Position numbers and translations under genes: made by a program. From an uncultured Gemmataceae bacterium (GTDB taxonomy: Bacteria > Planctomycetota > Planctomycetia > Gemmatales > Gemmataceae), in contig CAVVPN010000004.1 of NCBI GenBank assembly GCA_963750165.1, forward strand, positions 1,056,001 through 1,120,000: a DNA stretch of 64,000 nucleotides, read 5' to 3'. A model generated the notes under the pieces. The model worked only from the letters and a program-made list of their open reading frames with translations. It was not told the DNA's origin and did not search any database. Positions 26,425 to 37,855 of this stretch are shown here, in pieces. Numbering within the stretch: position 1 is the first letter of the stretch; every line of letters starts with the position of its first letter.

Positions 26425-27225
26425 CTAAGTCGCCAACCGCGCCAGGGCCGCCGCGTGCAAGCGGCCGTTGCTCGCCAGCAGCCCGTGCCGCTGCCACGCT
26501 CCGGCCAGGCCGTAGCGCAACGCCTCACCGCGGATGCCCGTGACCCTACCGCCCGCCTCCGTCACCAGAATGTGCCCCGCGCAGATGTCCCAGTCGTGGA
26601 AAGCGTCGTAGGTATTGAGGTACAGGTCCGCCTCGCCGCGTGCCACCAGCGCCAGCTTCAGGCCCGCGGAATACGTCTCGATCACGCGCGCCGGCCGCAA
26701 CTGCTGCACCCGGGACGACACCTTGCCCGGCGTCGAATGGCTCTGTGTCAGCGTCGCGGCGCTCAGGTCAGCGACCGCGCTGACGCGGCAGGCTTCCTGG
26801 GCCTGGTTGCCGTCTCGCTTCCAGCAGCCCTGGCCGCGCACCGCGCAGGTCAGTCGGCCGCCTACCGGCTCCAGTACCAGGCCCAGTCCGATCTCTCCGT
26901 CCTCGACGAAACCAATCATCACGGAAAACTCGCCGTTCTTGCGGGCGAAGCCGCGCGTGCCGTCGATCGGATCGACGATCCACAACCGCCGGCCGGTGTG
27001 CTCCGCCTCGCTGAGCGTGCTGGTGGCCTCCTCGGCGCACAGGGCGTCGGCGGGGAACGCCTGCCGCAGGTGCTTCAGGATGATTTCCTGCGAGAGCCGA
27101 TCCGCGTCCGTGGTGAGGCCGGCCGGGGCTTCGGGGATGACCTGGAAGCGAGCGTAGCTCTCCAGCAGTGCCGTGCCCGCGGCGCCAGCCGCGGTCAGGG
27201 CGACTTCCAACTCGCGCTCGTACAT
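26425..27225 (-). CDS. cysQ: CysQ-like inositol monophosphatase family protein
   Basis: AEE, WIVDPIDGT, WDICAG motifs. Confidence 0.75.
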   Translation of the reverse strand: MYERELEVALTAAGAAGTALLESYARFQVIPEAPAGLTTDADRLSQEIILKHLRQAFPADALCAEEATSTLSEAEHTGRRLWIVDPIDGTRGFARKNGEFSVMIGFVEDGEIGLGLVLEPVGGRLTCAVRGQGCWKRDGNQAQEACRVSAVADLSAATLTQSHSTPGKVSSRVQQLRPARVIETYSAGLKLALVARGEADLYLNTYDAFHDWDICAGHILVTEAGGRVTGIRGEALRYGLAGAWQRHGLLASNGRLHAAALARLAT

Positions 27226-27285
27226 GGTGAACTCGTTGGGAATCTTTGCTCCCCTCTCCCCCGAAGGGGCAAGGGGAGAAGGATG

Positions 27286-29511
27286 CTAGGGGCCTGTCTT
27301 GCCAACGGTGGTCGCCGCCGGCGTGCTGCTGTTCAGGGCGGCGAACTCGTTGAACTCCAGGTATTGCAGGTGGCGGTACAGGTCGTTCTGCGCCAGCAGT
27401 TCCTTGTGCTCGCCCGCCGCCTCGATGCGGCCGTTGATGAGCAGGAACACCCGGTCGCAACTGCGGATCGTGGACAGCCGGTGCGGCAGGAAGATCGTCG
27501 TGCGGCCCGGCAGGATGCGCGCGAAGGTGTCGTCCAGCAGCGACTTGGTGTCCTCGTCCAGCGGCGCCGTCGGCTCCTCGACCACGAACAGCGCCGGGTC
27601 GCGCAGGATCGCCCGCGCCAGCGCGACGCGGAACATCTCACCGTGCTTGAGCGAATGGCCCATCTCGCCAATCGGTGTTTCGTAGCCCTGCGGCAGTTTC
27701 TGGATGAACTGGTGCGCGTGGGCGATCTTGGCCGCCTCGATGATGCGCGGCAGCGTGAACGCCGGGTCGCCGCAGCCGATGTTGTTGGCCACGGTGTCGT
27801 TGAACACCAGGTTGTGCTGTAACACCACCGCGATCTGCGCCCGCAGCGAGTCCAGCGTCACCCAGCGCAGGTTCTTGCGGTCGATGCGGATCTCGCCGCT
27901 GGTCGGGTCCAGGAAGCGCGGCAGCAGGTACACCAGGGCCTGCTTCTCCATGTCGTCGGGGCCGACCAGGGCGACGCGCTGGCCGGCCTGGATGGTCAGG
28001 CTGACGCCCTGCAGCAGCTTGCGGCCGGTGCCCGGTTCGTTGAGCGTGACGTTGTCGAACTCCAGCTGCTTCGCCAGCGCCGGCAGGAATTCCGCCTCGG
28101 AACCCTGGCCGACGCCGCCGGGCCGGTCGAGGAAAGCGAACAGCACGATGGCCGACTCGCGGGCGCGCCGCAGGTAGCGACGATGCTCCAGCCAGTTGGC
28201 CACCGGCCAGTACAGGCTCACCAGCGCCGTCGCCAGCACCAGCCCCGCCGTGACGCCCAGCTGGCCGCTCAGCACCACAATGCCGGCGACATAGAGCAGG
28301 ATCAGCGCCGCCAGCACGCCCATGAACACCAGCAGCGGCCGATAGATCGCCTCGCCGAGGTAGCGGCGCCGCTGCGCGGCGCTGTAGCGGGCCATCTGCC
28401 GCTCGATGCGCGCCTGGTTGAACACCTCCATCAGGTAGACCTTCACCAACCGCATGATCATCAGGCTTTCCTGGATCAGCGCCAGCTGGTCGGCGGCACG
28501 GTGGGAGTCGCGGCGGCCCTGGCGGCGGACGTACGCCGCGATCTGGCCGCCGAACAGCCACACCAGGATGGCGAACAGCAGGAACGCCAGCGCCAGCAGG
28601 AAATTCAGCGTCAGCGCGAACAGAAACAGCAGCACGAACTTGACCGGCTCACGGAAAACGACCGTCAGCCAGGTGTACAGCCCCTCGTGGACCGCCTCCA
28701 GGTGCCGCGTCGCCACGCCGACCGCCTCGCTCGGCCCCAGGGCGCGGAAGGCCAGCGTGCCCAGGCGGTACGTCTGGTGGTAGACCGCCCGCCGCAACCG
28801 CGTCGCCGCCGCCGTCGTCGCCAGCGCCGCCGTGTACTGGCTGGTGAACATCAGGCCGCCGCGCACCAGCGCCAGCACAATCGCCACCACCAGCAGGCCC
28901 GTCAGGAAGGTGAAGTAGCCCTGCGCCCACATCCAGGGGTTCCAGCTGGCGAGCCAGCTAATCAGGTGGCCGTCCAGCCGGTGCTCCGTGCGCACCACCA
29001 GGCTGAGCACGCCCAGGCCCGTCACATCGCGGAACAACGCCTCGTCGGCGCCGACGTTCTTGACCTGCTTCGCGAACCCCTTCCGATACTGCTCGGCGGC
29101 GTCGGCGCCCACACGCTCATCCAGCAACCGGTTGACGTGGATGCGCCAGAGCAGTTCCAGCCGATAATCCTGCTCGCGGGCGTTCAACTTTTTGGGGTTG
29201 ACCAGGCAGAGCTGGGTGAATTCCTTCAACTGGGCGGCGTCCCTGATGCCGAGGTCGCGGAGTGTGTCGGCCACCTGCGATTCGGTAGCCTGGAATTCGG
29301 CCTCGCGGAACTTCTCCTGCTCGGCGGGCAGCAGTTGCTGGTAGGCGGTGATTTCGCCGCGGTTGACGGTCAGATCGACGTACAGCCCCAGGACGATGAG
29401 CAAAGCGACGTACACGACGGCGGTGCCGACCGCGGCAGACAGCGCCGCCCACTTGGCCACAGGGTGGTAGTTGAGAAAACGCAGGGCGCGTGAGAAAGCG
29501 GCACGTTCCAC
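27286..29511 (-). CDS. ABC exporter TMD-NBD fusion with a degenerate NBD
   Basis: TM domain plus NBD fold; Walker A is GPDDMEK, signature LKHGE, Walker B FVVEE. Confidence 0.8.
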   Translation of the reverse strand: MERAAFSRALRFLNYHPVAKWAALSAAVGTAVVYVALLIVLGLYVDLTVNRGEITAYQQLLPAEQEKFREAEFQATESQVADTLRDLGIRDAAQLKEFTQLCLVNPKKLNAREQDYRLELLWRIHVNRLLDERVGADAAEQYRKGFAKQVKNVGADEALFRDVTGLGVLSLVVRTEHRLDGHLISWLASWNPWMWAQGYFTFLTGLLVVAIVLALVRGGLMFTSQYTAALATTAAATRLRRAVYHQTYRLGTLAFRALGPSEAVGVATRHLEAVHEGLYTWLTVVFREPVKFVLLFLFALTLNFLLALAFLLFAILVWLFGGQIAAYVRRQGRRDSHRAADQLALIQESLMIMRLVKVYLMEVFNQARIERQMARYSAAQRRRYLGEAIYRPLLVFMGVLAALILLYVAGIVVLSGQLGVTAGLVLATALVSLYWPVANWLEHRRYLRRARESAIVLFAFLDRPGGVGQGSEAEFLPALAKQLEFDNVTLNEPGTGRKLLQGVSLTIQAGQRVALVGPDDMEKQALVYLLPRFLDPTSGEIRIDRKNLRWVTLDSLRAQIAVVLQHNLVFNDTVANNIGCGDPAFTLPRIIEAAKIAHAHQFIQKLPQGYETPIGEMGHSLKHGEMFRVALARAILRDPALFVVEEPTAPLDEDTKSLLDDTFARILPGRTTIFLPHRLSTIRSCDRVFLLINGRIEAAGEHKELLAQNDLYRHLQYLEFNEFAALNSSTPAATTVGKTGP

Positions 29512-29525
29512 GCGGCGAAACCCTC

Positions 29526-30728
29526 TTAAGCGAGGTCACGGTCTTCAAACAGGATCAGCCCGAACAGCAAGGCGACCCCGGTATAAAGCAAAGCGTACAG
29601 TGTGACGGTGACCGTGTACAGAGCGAACTCCGTGGGCGGCAGCGGTGTATCGCGGACGATGGCCGGCCCCAGGCTGAAATGCTCCAGGCCCGGCAGCACC
29701 GTGTCGAACACCTGCGCCATGAACGACACCAGCTTGAGCTTGTTCGCCGACACGGCGGTCAGGATCGGCGTCAGGTGGCCAAGGAAGTAGAAGAAGACGC
29801 AGACGGGGATGTTCACGACCATGGGCAGGCGCGTGGCCAGGGCAACGGCGATGGCCACCAGCACCATGACCTGGCAGAAGATGATGGTCAACTTGGGCAG
29901 GGCGCGGCCGGCGTCGTGAATCCACAGCAGCGTGCCGCGAAACAGGTCGCGGACCTCGCCGGCGGAAGTGTAATCGTTGACGGCGTTCACCACCCAGGCC
30001 GGATCGGGCGGCTTCTCCACGAGGAAGCCGGGATCGAACGTCGCCTTGAAGTGCAGCATCCACACCAGCCACCAGCCCAGGAGCGTCGCCATCACCAGCG
30101 ACGCCAGCAGGATGCCGAGGAATTTGCCCAGCAAAAACTGCCGCCGCGACACCGGCTTGCTCATGAGCGTGACCGCCGTGCGTCCCTCGATCTCCTCGCT
30201 GATGGACGTGCTGGCCGCGATGACTCCGAAGATCACCGACGCCAGCATCGTCAGGTCGAACTCCAGTTCCTCGACCATCTTGAAGTCTTCGCCGAGCGTG
30301 AAGTAGGGCAGCAGCGTCACCACGCCCATGAGGAAGCCGGCCGCCAGGAACAGCAGCCAGAACATTGGCTGCCGCAACCCCTCGCGGAAGGCCGCCAGGG
30401 CAACGCCGCCGCCCTTGGGCCAGGCCTTCAACACCACCCAGAACACGACGACGAAAAAGTCCGCGATCAGCTGCAGGTGCAGCACGGACATGTAAATGCG
30501 GCCCCAGAAGACCAGTCCCTGTTCGGCGCTGCTGCCGTTGAGCACGAACGCCTCCGCCAGGCCCAGACCCAGCAGGGCGGCCACGAACCAGCCCCAGAAC
30601 ACGGGCTTGACGATTTGAGAGCGGATCAGCCGCAGATCGAGGACGCTGAACCAGACCAGCGCCGCCAGCACCTGAAGCAACGTCAACCCGACGCCGACCG
30701 CCAGGAGAGTCAGGAATGAATTCGTCAT
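29526..30728 (-). CDS. ABC-2 type permease
   Basis: EEIEGRTAVTLMSKPVSRRQFLLGKFLG; ends FEDRDLA. Confidence 0.8.
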   Translation of the reverse strand: MTNSFLTLLAVGVGLTLLQVLAALVWFSVLDLRLIRSQIVKPVFWGWFVAALLGLGLAEAFVLNGSSAEQGLVFWGRIYMSVLHLQLIADFFVVVFWVVLKAWPKGGGVALAAFREGLRQPMFWLLFLAAGFLMGVVTLLPYFTLGEDFKMVEELEFDLTMLASVIFGVIAASTSISEEIEGRTAVTLMSKPVSRRQFLLGKFLGILLASLVMATLLGWWLVWMLHFKATFDPGFLVEKPPDPAWVVNAVNDYTSAGEVRDLFRGTLLWIHDAGRALPKLTIIFCQVMVLVAIAVALATRLPMVVNIPVCVFFYFLGHLTPILTAVSANKLKLVSFMAQVFDTVLPGLEHFSLGPAIVRDTPLPPTEFALYTVTVTLYALLYTGVALLFGLILFEDRDLA

Positions 30729-30974
30729 GATGAATGCGTGTCAGTCAGAGCGGACGGATGTCTCAGCCACCGGTATGGTATGCGGCGCCGGCGGATGTGG
30801 CCACTCTTCCGTGGTGCAGGCATGCCGCCTGGCGTTCCGGGCGCGATGGGTGCCTCCGGGACGGATGGCGATCCCGAGGGACGGCGTTGCCGGAACGCCA
30901 GGCGGAACGCCGCCCGCGCAGGGGCAGGCCGTCACCGCACCGGCGCCGCTGCCTGCACTACGTCGCGGCGGCCC

Positions 30975-31826
30975 TCAAGGTTCATGGCGGTAGCCGGGTT
31001 GGGCCGCCCAGCGCAGCTTGTCGCGCAGCGTCTGGTAGAAACTGTGGCCGGGCACCTTGACCAGGCCGAAGGTCACGGGGGCACGGCGGATGGTGACGCG
31101 GTGCCGTGGCGTCAGCGTCAGTGTTTCCTGGCCGTCGATGATGAGCACTGCCCGGGCGCCGTCGCCGGGCAGCGCGATGTTGAAGGTGCGGGCCGCCGAT
31201 TCGACCACCGGGCGGAACGTCAGCGTGTGCGGGCAGATCGGCGTGATGACGAAGGCGTCCAGGTCCTGGGCCAGGATGGGACCGCCGGCCGACAGGCTGT
31301 GGGCGGTTGAGCCGATGGGTGTGCTGACGATCAGGCCGTCGCCACGGAAGCGCGTCACCGCGTCGCCGTCAATGGCCAGTTCCAGGTCCAGGATGGGGAA
31401 CGGCGGCAGCGTGTGAAAGACCACCTCGTTGAGGCCGAGAACGGTCACCGGCGGCAGACCGTCGGGGTCGTCGATGGTGCATTCAAACATGATGTGGCGC
31501 GTGACGTGGAAGTTGCCGCGCAGCACCTGCGTGAAACACTGGCGCAGCTGGTCGGGGTCCAGGTCCGCCAGGAAGCCGAGGCGGCCAAGGTTGACACCGA
31601 GCACCGGCACCTGACGGTAGGCCATCTGCCGCGCAGCGCGCAGGATGGCGCCGTCGCCGCCGAGCACCAGTGCCACGTCGGCAGGCGGGACGCCGGTCAG
31701 GTCCTGCTCGCGCAACAGGTCGTAGACGACGATCTCGCAGCACTGCTGCCGCAAGAACGGCAGCAGTCGCTCCGCCTCCGCGGTGACGCCGGGACGCTGC
31801 GCGTTGCCCAACAGGTAGAGTTTCAT
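30975..31826 (-). CDS. nadK: NAD(+) kinase
   Basis: LGGDG, GVNLGRLGFL, LNE, GDGLIVSTPIGSTAHSLSAGG. Confidence 0.92.
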   Translation of the reverse strand: MKLYLLGNAQRPGVTAEAERLLPFLRQQCCEIVVYDLLREQDLTGVPPADVALVLGGDGAILRAARQMAYRQVPVLGVNLGRLGFLADLDPDQLRQCFTQVLRGNFHVTRHIMFECTIDDPDGLPPVTVLGLNEVVFHTLPPFPILDLELAIDGDAVTRFRGDGLIVSTPIGSTAHSLSAGGPILAQDLDAFVITPICPHTLTFRPVVESAARTFNIALPGDGARAVLIIDGQETLTLTPRHRVTIRRAPVTFGLVKVPGHSFYQTLRDKLRWAAQPGYRHEP

Positions 31827-31959
31827 GCAGAGATTATAGCGACCGGCTGGCTTCGCGGGGGTAAAGGGCGGCGGCGAGACCGCCGGAGCCAGGGGGCCAA
31901 GGGCAGGGCTTCCAAGGTGATGCCGCGCCCCAGAGTAGCTTAGCGCGGTTTGCAGGTGC

Positions 31960-32045
31960 GTGTAGCGGGTAGTAGGTCCGGCGAGCCGAGCCGGACCCGC
32001 AGCGGGTGCCGCTCGGCTCGCGGCACCTACCCCAGACCGCTACAC
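31960..32045. repeat. REP-like compound hairpin
   Basis: GTGTAGCGG...GCGAGCCGAGC...GCTCGGCTCGC...CCGCTACAC. Confidence 0.7.
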
Positions 32046-32268
32046 CCAACCGCAATCCGCTTTAGTCGGCGGTCCAGTTTTTGGGTCCACTATAGTCTCC
32101 TGGTCAAGCACCCTGATCGGACAGGCACCCAGATGGTTGTAGCCGGCGGTATGCAGCGGATACCGGGTAAGGCAGTTAGTATTCCGGGAAAAAGCGCTGC
32201 TGATACAAAAGCACTCCACCTCGTGAGCGAGCACTTGTCAGCAACGCTCGTTACGCGCGTTGGTCACC

Positions 32269-32317
32269 TCGACCGGAGCAACCAGGGTGATGTGCGCAAC
32301 CTGCTCCGGTCCGACAC
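32269..32317. repeat. Repeat family R1, copy B
   Basis: Contains the perfect stem GACCGGAGCA/TGCTCCGGTC with a 21-nt spacer. Confidence 0.85.
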
Positions 32318-32388
32318 GCCGAAGCAATGTGGGGCGAAGCGGTCAGAATGATGGTTTTCTGATCCGCCATTGGCTCGTCAGCCGGTGT

Positions 32389-33427
32389 TTAGAGTTCGGC
32401 CGCGAGTTCGCGCGTGAGCTGCGCGGCGGGCACCTCCTTGCACCCGCTGGCATTCTGGCCTGACCAGAGCGGTGAGAAGTCCCCATTGCCCAGACTCTCG
32501 GCCTTCCCACGCAAGGGTGCGACGGCAGTGGCGGCCAGCGGGAAAGCGGGGGCCACGCTGCTCAGCGGGCCGACCTCCCGGATGAGCCGGTTGACGATCC
32601 CGCGCCGGTCGGCCGGTGAACACGTTCGTCAGGGCGGTGTGGCGGGCGGCCGCGCTCTGCAGCGCGGCGCGGTGGAGCGCGCCGGTGGTGGCCTCGGGGC
32701 AGAGCAGGTACGCGGTGCCGACCTGCACGCCGGCCGCCCCGAGCGCCAGCGCCGCCCGCACGCCGTTCGCGTCCGCGGTCCCGCCCGCGGCGATCACCGG
32801 CACCTTCACGGCCCGCACGATCTGCGGCACGAGCGCGAGCGTGCCGACCTGGGTGGTCACGTCGTCTGACAGGAACATGCCCCGATGGCCACCGGCCTCA
32901 ACGCCCTGGGCGATGACGGCATCGACCCCACGCCTTTCGAGCCAGCGCGCCTCCTCGACGGTCGTCGCCGAGGAGAAGACCTTCGCCCCCCAAGCCCGCA
33001 CCCGGGCGAGCAGTTCGTCCGACGGCAGGCCGAAATGAAAGCTCACCACGGCGGGCGTGAATTCGCTGAGCACGTCGGCGGCCTCAGCACTGAAGGGCAG
33101 GCGAACGCCCCCGGCGGGAATCGTACTCACGTCGAGTCCGAACTCCCGGTAGTACGGCGCGAGCGCCGCGCGCCACGCCGCCTCGCGTTCGGGGCTGGGC
33201 GTGGGCGGCGCGTGGCAGAAGAAGTTCACGTTGACCGGCCTGTCCGTCCGTACCCGGATCTCTGCCAGTTCCTTGCGCAGCGCGTCCGGGCTGAGCATGG
33301 CGCACGGGAGCGAGCCCAGTCCCCCGGCGTCGGACACGGCGATCGCCAGCGCGCTGCCCTGCACCCCCGCCATGGGCGCCTGAATGATCGGCAGGCGGAC
33401 GCCGAGATTCCCAAGTAACTTGTGCAT
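32389..33427 (-). CDS. Nitronate monooxygenase family flavoprotein (frameshift near 32602)
   Basis: PIIQAPMAG, SFHFG, QGVEAGGHRG, VQVGTA; the shifted frame continues GIVNRL...LWSGQ. Confidence 0.85.
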
Positions 33428-33574
33428 CCATCACCTCCCGGTCGCGCGGCGGTGGGTTTTTTGCTTTTCTTGCGACAAGGCCGTCGCCATCGAGTATCGT
33501 TGACTATTGTAAAACCGCCTGACCGTCGAAGCCAGCCGTCGAGTCCTCGCCACCCGACTTCCAGGGATGCTAAC

Positions 33575-34999
33575 ATGAACCGTCCGTTCGAAGCCAAGCC
33601 ATCGTCCAACCTGCTCTCGCGCCGTCAACTCCTCCAGGCCGGGGGGATCGGCGCCCTGACGATGGCCTTGCCGGGGATGGTGGCGGCCCGTGTCAACGCG
33701 AACCAGCCGCCGCGGGGCAGCGCGGCCGAGAAGTCGTGCATCTTCGTCCTGCTGTGCGGCGGCCCGAGCCACCTCGACACGTGGGACCTCAAGCCGAACG
33801 CGCCCGCCGACATTCGCGGCCCGTACCGGCCGATCGCCACGGCCGTCCCGGGCATGCGCATCAGCGAACTGCACACGCGCCTCGCACCCCTGACGCAGCA
33901 TTTTGCGCTGATCCGCTCGATGACGCACGTCGGCAACATCAGCAACCACTTCGACGCCATGCACCACCTCCTCAGCGGCCAGGCGGGCGCGCCGGCGGAT
34001 GCCCCCTACCTCGGTGCCATTCTCTCCCGGGTTCGGCCCCGCGAACGCAACGTCGCCAACTACGTCTGGCTCATCCGCTGCGTCGGCGACCCGGTGTTCT
34101 GTGCCCCCAACATCGGCTCGGGCGGGCACCTGGGCGCACAGCACAGCCCGCTGTTCGTCGGCTCCGCCAACAACCACGCCGCCCTGCCGACGTTCCGGGC
34201 CCCCGACGAACTGCAACCCGCGGTGGAGCCCGCCCGGTTGCGAGACCGCCGCCGCTTGCTGGCCAGCATCGACCCGGCCGTCAGTGATCGTGATGGCAAT
34301 CAAGCGGCCCGGGATTGGCAACACTTGCACCACCGCGCCTGCGAGTTGGCGAACGGCTCCGGCGGCCGCGACGTGTACGACCTGCGGCGTGAGCCGCGGG
34401 CCGTGCGCGACCGCTACGGCATGCACCCGCTCGGACAGAACCTGCTCCTCGCGCGCCGGCTGGTCGAGTCCGGCGTCGGCTTCGTCACCGTCAACGGCTG
34501 GACCGGCTCCGCGCCAGGCCAGACCGGCGGCGGCCCACCGGCCTCGAGCTGGGACATGCACGGCAGCGAGATGGGCATGGGCAACGCCTTCGGCAACGGC
34601 TCCTATGGCATGGGTTGGTGTTTACCCTGCCTCGACCAGGGGCTCGCCGCGCTCCTCATCGACCTCCGCGAGCGCGGCTTGCTGGAGCGCACGCTGGTGG
34701 TGGTGATGGGCGAGTTCGGCCGCACGCCGCGCATCAACCAGCCGGATCGGATGCCCGGCCGGCAACACTGGCCGTCGTGCTGGTCCGCCATCCTCGCCGG
34801 CGGCGGCATCCGCGGCGGCGCGGTCTACGGCGAATCCGACCGCATCGGCGCCTTCGTGAAGGATCGCCCCGTGCGCGTGCAGGACCTGGGCGCCACGGTC
34901 TTCCACGCCCTCGGCGTCCCGCGCGAAACTCGCCTGAGCCGCGACGGCTTCACCCGCCCCGTCAGCACCGGCGAGCCGCTCCTGGATTTATTCGGCTGA
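33575..34999 (+). CDS. DUF1501 family protein (Tat signal)
   Basis: SRRQLL, GGPSHLDTWDLKP, LLARRLVESGV, WDMH, GEFGRTP. Confidence 0.9.
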   Translation: MNRPFEAKPSSNLLSRRQLLQAGGIGALTMALPGMVAARVNANQPPRGSAAEKSCIFVLLCGGPSHLDTWDLKPNAPADIRGPYRPIATAVPGMRISELHTRLAPLTQHFALIRSMTHVGNISNHFDAMHHLLSGQAGAPADAPYLGAILSRVRPRERNVANYVWLIRCVGDPVFCAPNIGSGGHLGAQHSPLFVGSANNHAALPTFRAPDELQPAVEPARLRDRRRLLASIDPAVSDRDGNQAARDWQHLHHRACELANGSGGRDVYDLRREPRAVRDRYGMHPLGQNLLLARRLVESGVGFVTVNGWTGSAPGQTGGGPPASSWDMHGSEMGMGNAFGNGSYGMGWCLPCLDQGLAALLIDLRERGLLERTLVVVMGEFGRTPRINQPDRMPGRQHWPSCWSAILAGGGIRGGAVYGESDRIGAFVKDRPVRVQDLGATVFHALGVPRETRLSRDGFTRPVSTGEPLLDLFG

Positions 35000-35064
35000 G
35001 CCCGGCTTTCGTATTCGATGATGTCCTCACCCGAGTGAGGGCCTGTCTCCGACTCGAGGCCGTC

Positions 35065-37851
35065 ATGCTTTCGCTTCGTTTTCGCCTGCTGACGGGCATC
35101 GTGCTGGCGTCGCTGTACCCGGTGCCGGGCGCTGCACAAACCGAGAAGGCGCCGCCCGTCGATTTTGTGCGCGACATTCAGCCGATCTTGCAAAAACACT
35201 GCTACCACTGCCACGGCCCCGACAAGGACCGCGGTGGTTTGCGCCTCACCACCCGCGAACTCGTCCTCCAGGGCGGCGACTCCGGATCGGCCGTTGCGCC
35301 CGCCAAGGCCGCGGACAGCTTGCTGCTCCGGCGTGTCACCGCGCTCGATCCCAAAGAACGTATGCCACCGAAAGGCGAACCGCTCTCGAAGGAGCAGATC
35401 GCCCGGCTCAAAGCGTGGATCGACCAGGGAGCGCGTGGACCGACCGGCACGACGGTGAACGCCAGGAAACAGCACTGGGCATTTCAGCCGGTGAAACGGC
35501 CGCCGTTGCCCGAGGTCAAGAACCAGGCCTGGGGGCGCAACCCGATCGATGTCTTCCTCCTCGCCCGCCTGGAAACCGCGATGTTGACGCCCAACAAAAT
35601 GGCCGACCGTGCCACGCTGATCCGCCGGCTCAAGTTCGACGTGCTCGGTCTGCCCCCGACACCGGAAGAAGTGGAGGCGTTCGTCAAGGACCCCGACCCG
35701 AAGGCGTACGAGAAGCTCGTCGATCGATACCTCGCCGCGCCCCAGTTCGGCGAACGCTGGGCGCGGCACTGGCTCGACGCGGTGCGCTTTGCCGAATCGG
35801 ACGGCTTCGAGACCAACCAGCCGCGGCTGAATGCCTGGCCGTACCGCGATTACGTCATCCGGTCGCTCAATGACGACAAGCCCTATGACCGCTTCATCAT
35901 GGAACAGCTGGCGGGCGATCAACTCGGCGCCCCAGAGGCGACCGGGTTTTTGGTCGGCGGGGCGCACGACAAGGTGAAGAGCCCCGACGTCAACCTCACG
36001 CTCATGCAGCGCGGCGACGAATTGCACGACATCATCAACACCACCGGCGCGACCTTTCTCGGCCTGACCGTCGGCTGTGCCCGCTGCCATGATCACAAAT
36101 TCGACCCGATCTCGATGCGCGACTACTACGGCATGCGCGCCGTGTTCGCCGGCGTGCGGCACGGCGAGCGGCCGATCAAGCAGCAGGCAGACCCGGAGCG
36201 GATCAAGGCGTTGCGCCGCCAGCTCGGCGAGCTGGAGCACGCGATCAGCGCCGCCGAGCCGGTCGCCGACCCAACCGCGAAGGAGCCGCGCCGCCAGCAG
36301 GTGAGCGCCGTGGGGAACTACGAGCGCTTGGTCGCCAGCAAGGCGAAGTTCGTCCGCTTCACAATCGAAGCGACCAACAACGGCTCCGAGCCGTGCATCG
36401 ACGAGCTGGAAATTTTCTCCGCCGGCAAGGAGCCGAAGAACGTCGCGCTCGGGGCGAAGGCGACCTCCTCGGGAAATTTTCCCGGCAACGCTTTCCACAA
36501 ACTCCAGCACGTCAACGACGGCAAGTACGGCAATTCGCACAGCTGGATTGCAAACACCGCCGGCAAAGGCTGGGTGCAGCTCGAATTGCCCAGGGTGGAA
36601 ACCATCGACCGCATCGCCTGGTCCCGTGACCGCGAGGGAAAGTTTGCGGATCGGCTGGCCACGAAGTATCGCATCGAAATCGCGACCGAGCCGGGGAAGT
36701 GGCAGGTCGTGGCGTCGTCCGCGGATCGAACCAGGTTCGGGGCCGGGCTTCCCGAGCAACCGCAGACCCGGCTGCTGGCCCGGCGCGCCGCGCTGGAAAA
36801 ACAACTGCGCGCCGCGGAAGGAACGACGCTGGTCTATGCCGGCACGTTCACCACGCCGGAGCCGACCCACCGCCTGCACCGCGGCGACCCGATGCAAAAG
36901 CGCGAGGCGATCGCGCCGGCGGCGCCGGCAGCGTTCGGCAAACCGATGCAACTGGCGATGACGGCCGGCGACACGGAGCGGCGCCTCGCGCTGGCGAAGT
37001 GGATCGCCGATCCGGCGCACCCACTCACCGCACGCGTCCTCGTCAATCGTCTCTGGCAGCATCATTTCGGCCAGGGCATCGTCAACACGCCGAGCGACTT
37101 CGGCCTGAATGGCGGCAAGCCGTCGCACCCGGAGCTGCTCGATTGGCTGGCGGCGGAGTTCGTCCATCCCGACCCGAAGACCAGGAGACTGGGAGACAAG
37201 GGGACGGGATCGTGGGGCATGAAACACATCCACCGCCTGATCTTGCTCTCGGCGACCTACCGCCAGGCCAGCACGTTCAATCCGCAGGCCGCGGCCATCG
37301 ACCGCGACGCCCGCCTGCTGTGGCGCTACCCGCCGCGCCGCCTCGATGCGGAACCGCTGCGCGACGCCTACCTGTTCGTCAGCGGCAAACTCGACCTCAC
37401 GATGGGCGGTCCCGGCTTCGACCTCTTCGAGCCGAACACCAACTACGTCAAGGTCTACAACCCGAAGAAGGACTTCGGCCCCGCGGAATGGCGGCGGATG
37501 ATCTATCAAAGCAAATGGCGCATGCAGATGGACGACGTGTTCGGCGCCTTCGACTGCCCCGACGCCGGCCAGATCGCGCCGAAGCGCACCACCTCGACGA
37601 CGGCCTTGCAAGCGCTCAACCTCCTGAACAGCAGGTTCATGCTGCAGCAGGCAAAGTTTTTCGCCGAGCGGCTGGAGCGCGAGGCCGGCAAGGACGTGGG
37701 ACGGCAAGTGCGCCGCGGGTTCCGCCTGGCGTTCCAGCGCGAGCCGAGCGCGACCGAGGCCGTGGCCGCGGCACGCCTGGTGCGCGACCACGGGTTGCCC
37801 GCATTGTGCCGGGCGCTGTTCAACGCGAATGAGTTTTTGTTTGTGGATTGA
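35065..37851 (+). CDS. Planctomycete cytochrome c with DUF1549/DUF1553 (PSD1) domains and a discoidin-like insert
   Basis: [51 protein letters not shown]. Confidence 0.9.
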   Translation: MLSLRFRLLTGIVLASLYPVPGAAQTEKAPPVDFVRDIQPILQKHCYHCHGPDKDRGGLRLTTRELVLQGGDSGSAVAPAKAADSLLLRRVTALDPKERMPPKGEPLSKEQIARLKAWIDQGARGPTGTTVNARKQHWAFQPVKRPPLPEVKNQAWGRNPIDVFLLARLETAMLTPNKMADRATLIRRLKFDVLGLPPTPEEVEAFVKDPDPKAYEKLVDRYLAAPQFGERWARHWLDAVRFAESDGFETNQPRLNAWPYRDYVIRSLNDDKPYDRFIMEQLAGDQLGAPEATGFLVGGAHDKVKSPDVNLTLMQRGDELHDIINTTGATFLGLTVGCARCHDHKFDPISMRDYYGMRAVFAGVRHGERPIKQQADPERIKALRRQLGELEHAISAAEPVADPTAKEPRRQQVSAVGNYERLVASKAKFVRFTIEATNNGSEPCIDELEIFSAGKEPKNVALGAKATSSGNFPGNAFHKLQHVNDGKYGNSHSWIANTAGKGWVQLELPRVETIDRIAWSRDREGKFADRLATKYRIEIATEPGKWQVVASSADRTRFGAGLPEQPQTRLLARRAALEKQLRAAEGTTLVYAGTFTTPEPTHRLHRGDPMQKREAIAPAAPAAFGKPMQLAMTAGDTERRLALAKWIADPAHPLTARVLVNRLWQHHFGQGIVNTPSDFGLNGGKPSHPELLDWLAAEFVHPDPKTRRLGDKGTGSWGMKHIHRLILLSATYRQASTFNPQAAAIDRDARLLWRYPPRRLDAEPLRDAYLFVSGKLDLTMGGPGFDLFEPNTNYVKVYNPKKDFGPAEWRRMIYQSKWRMQMDDVFGAFDCPDAGQIAPKRTTSTTALQALNLLNSRFMLQQAKFFAERLEREAGKDVGRQVRRGFRLAFQREPSATEAVAAARLVRDHGLPALCRALFNANEFLFVD

Positions 37852-37855
37852 GACA

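Noticed and set aside
34825..37791. Long antisense ORFs (also 52781-55510, 3464-5164, 61142-63007)
   Set aside because: Shadow frames of real GC-rich genes with no recognisable motifs.
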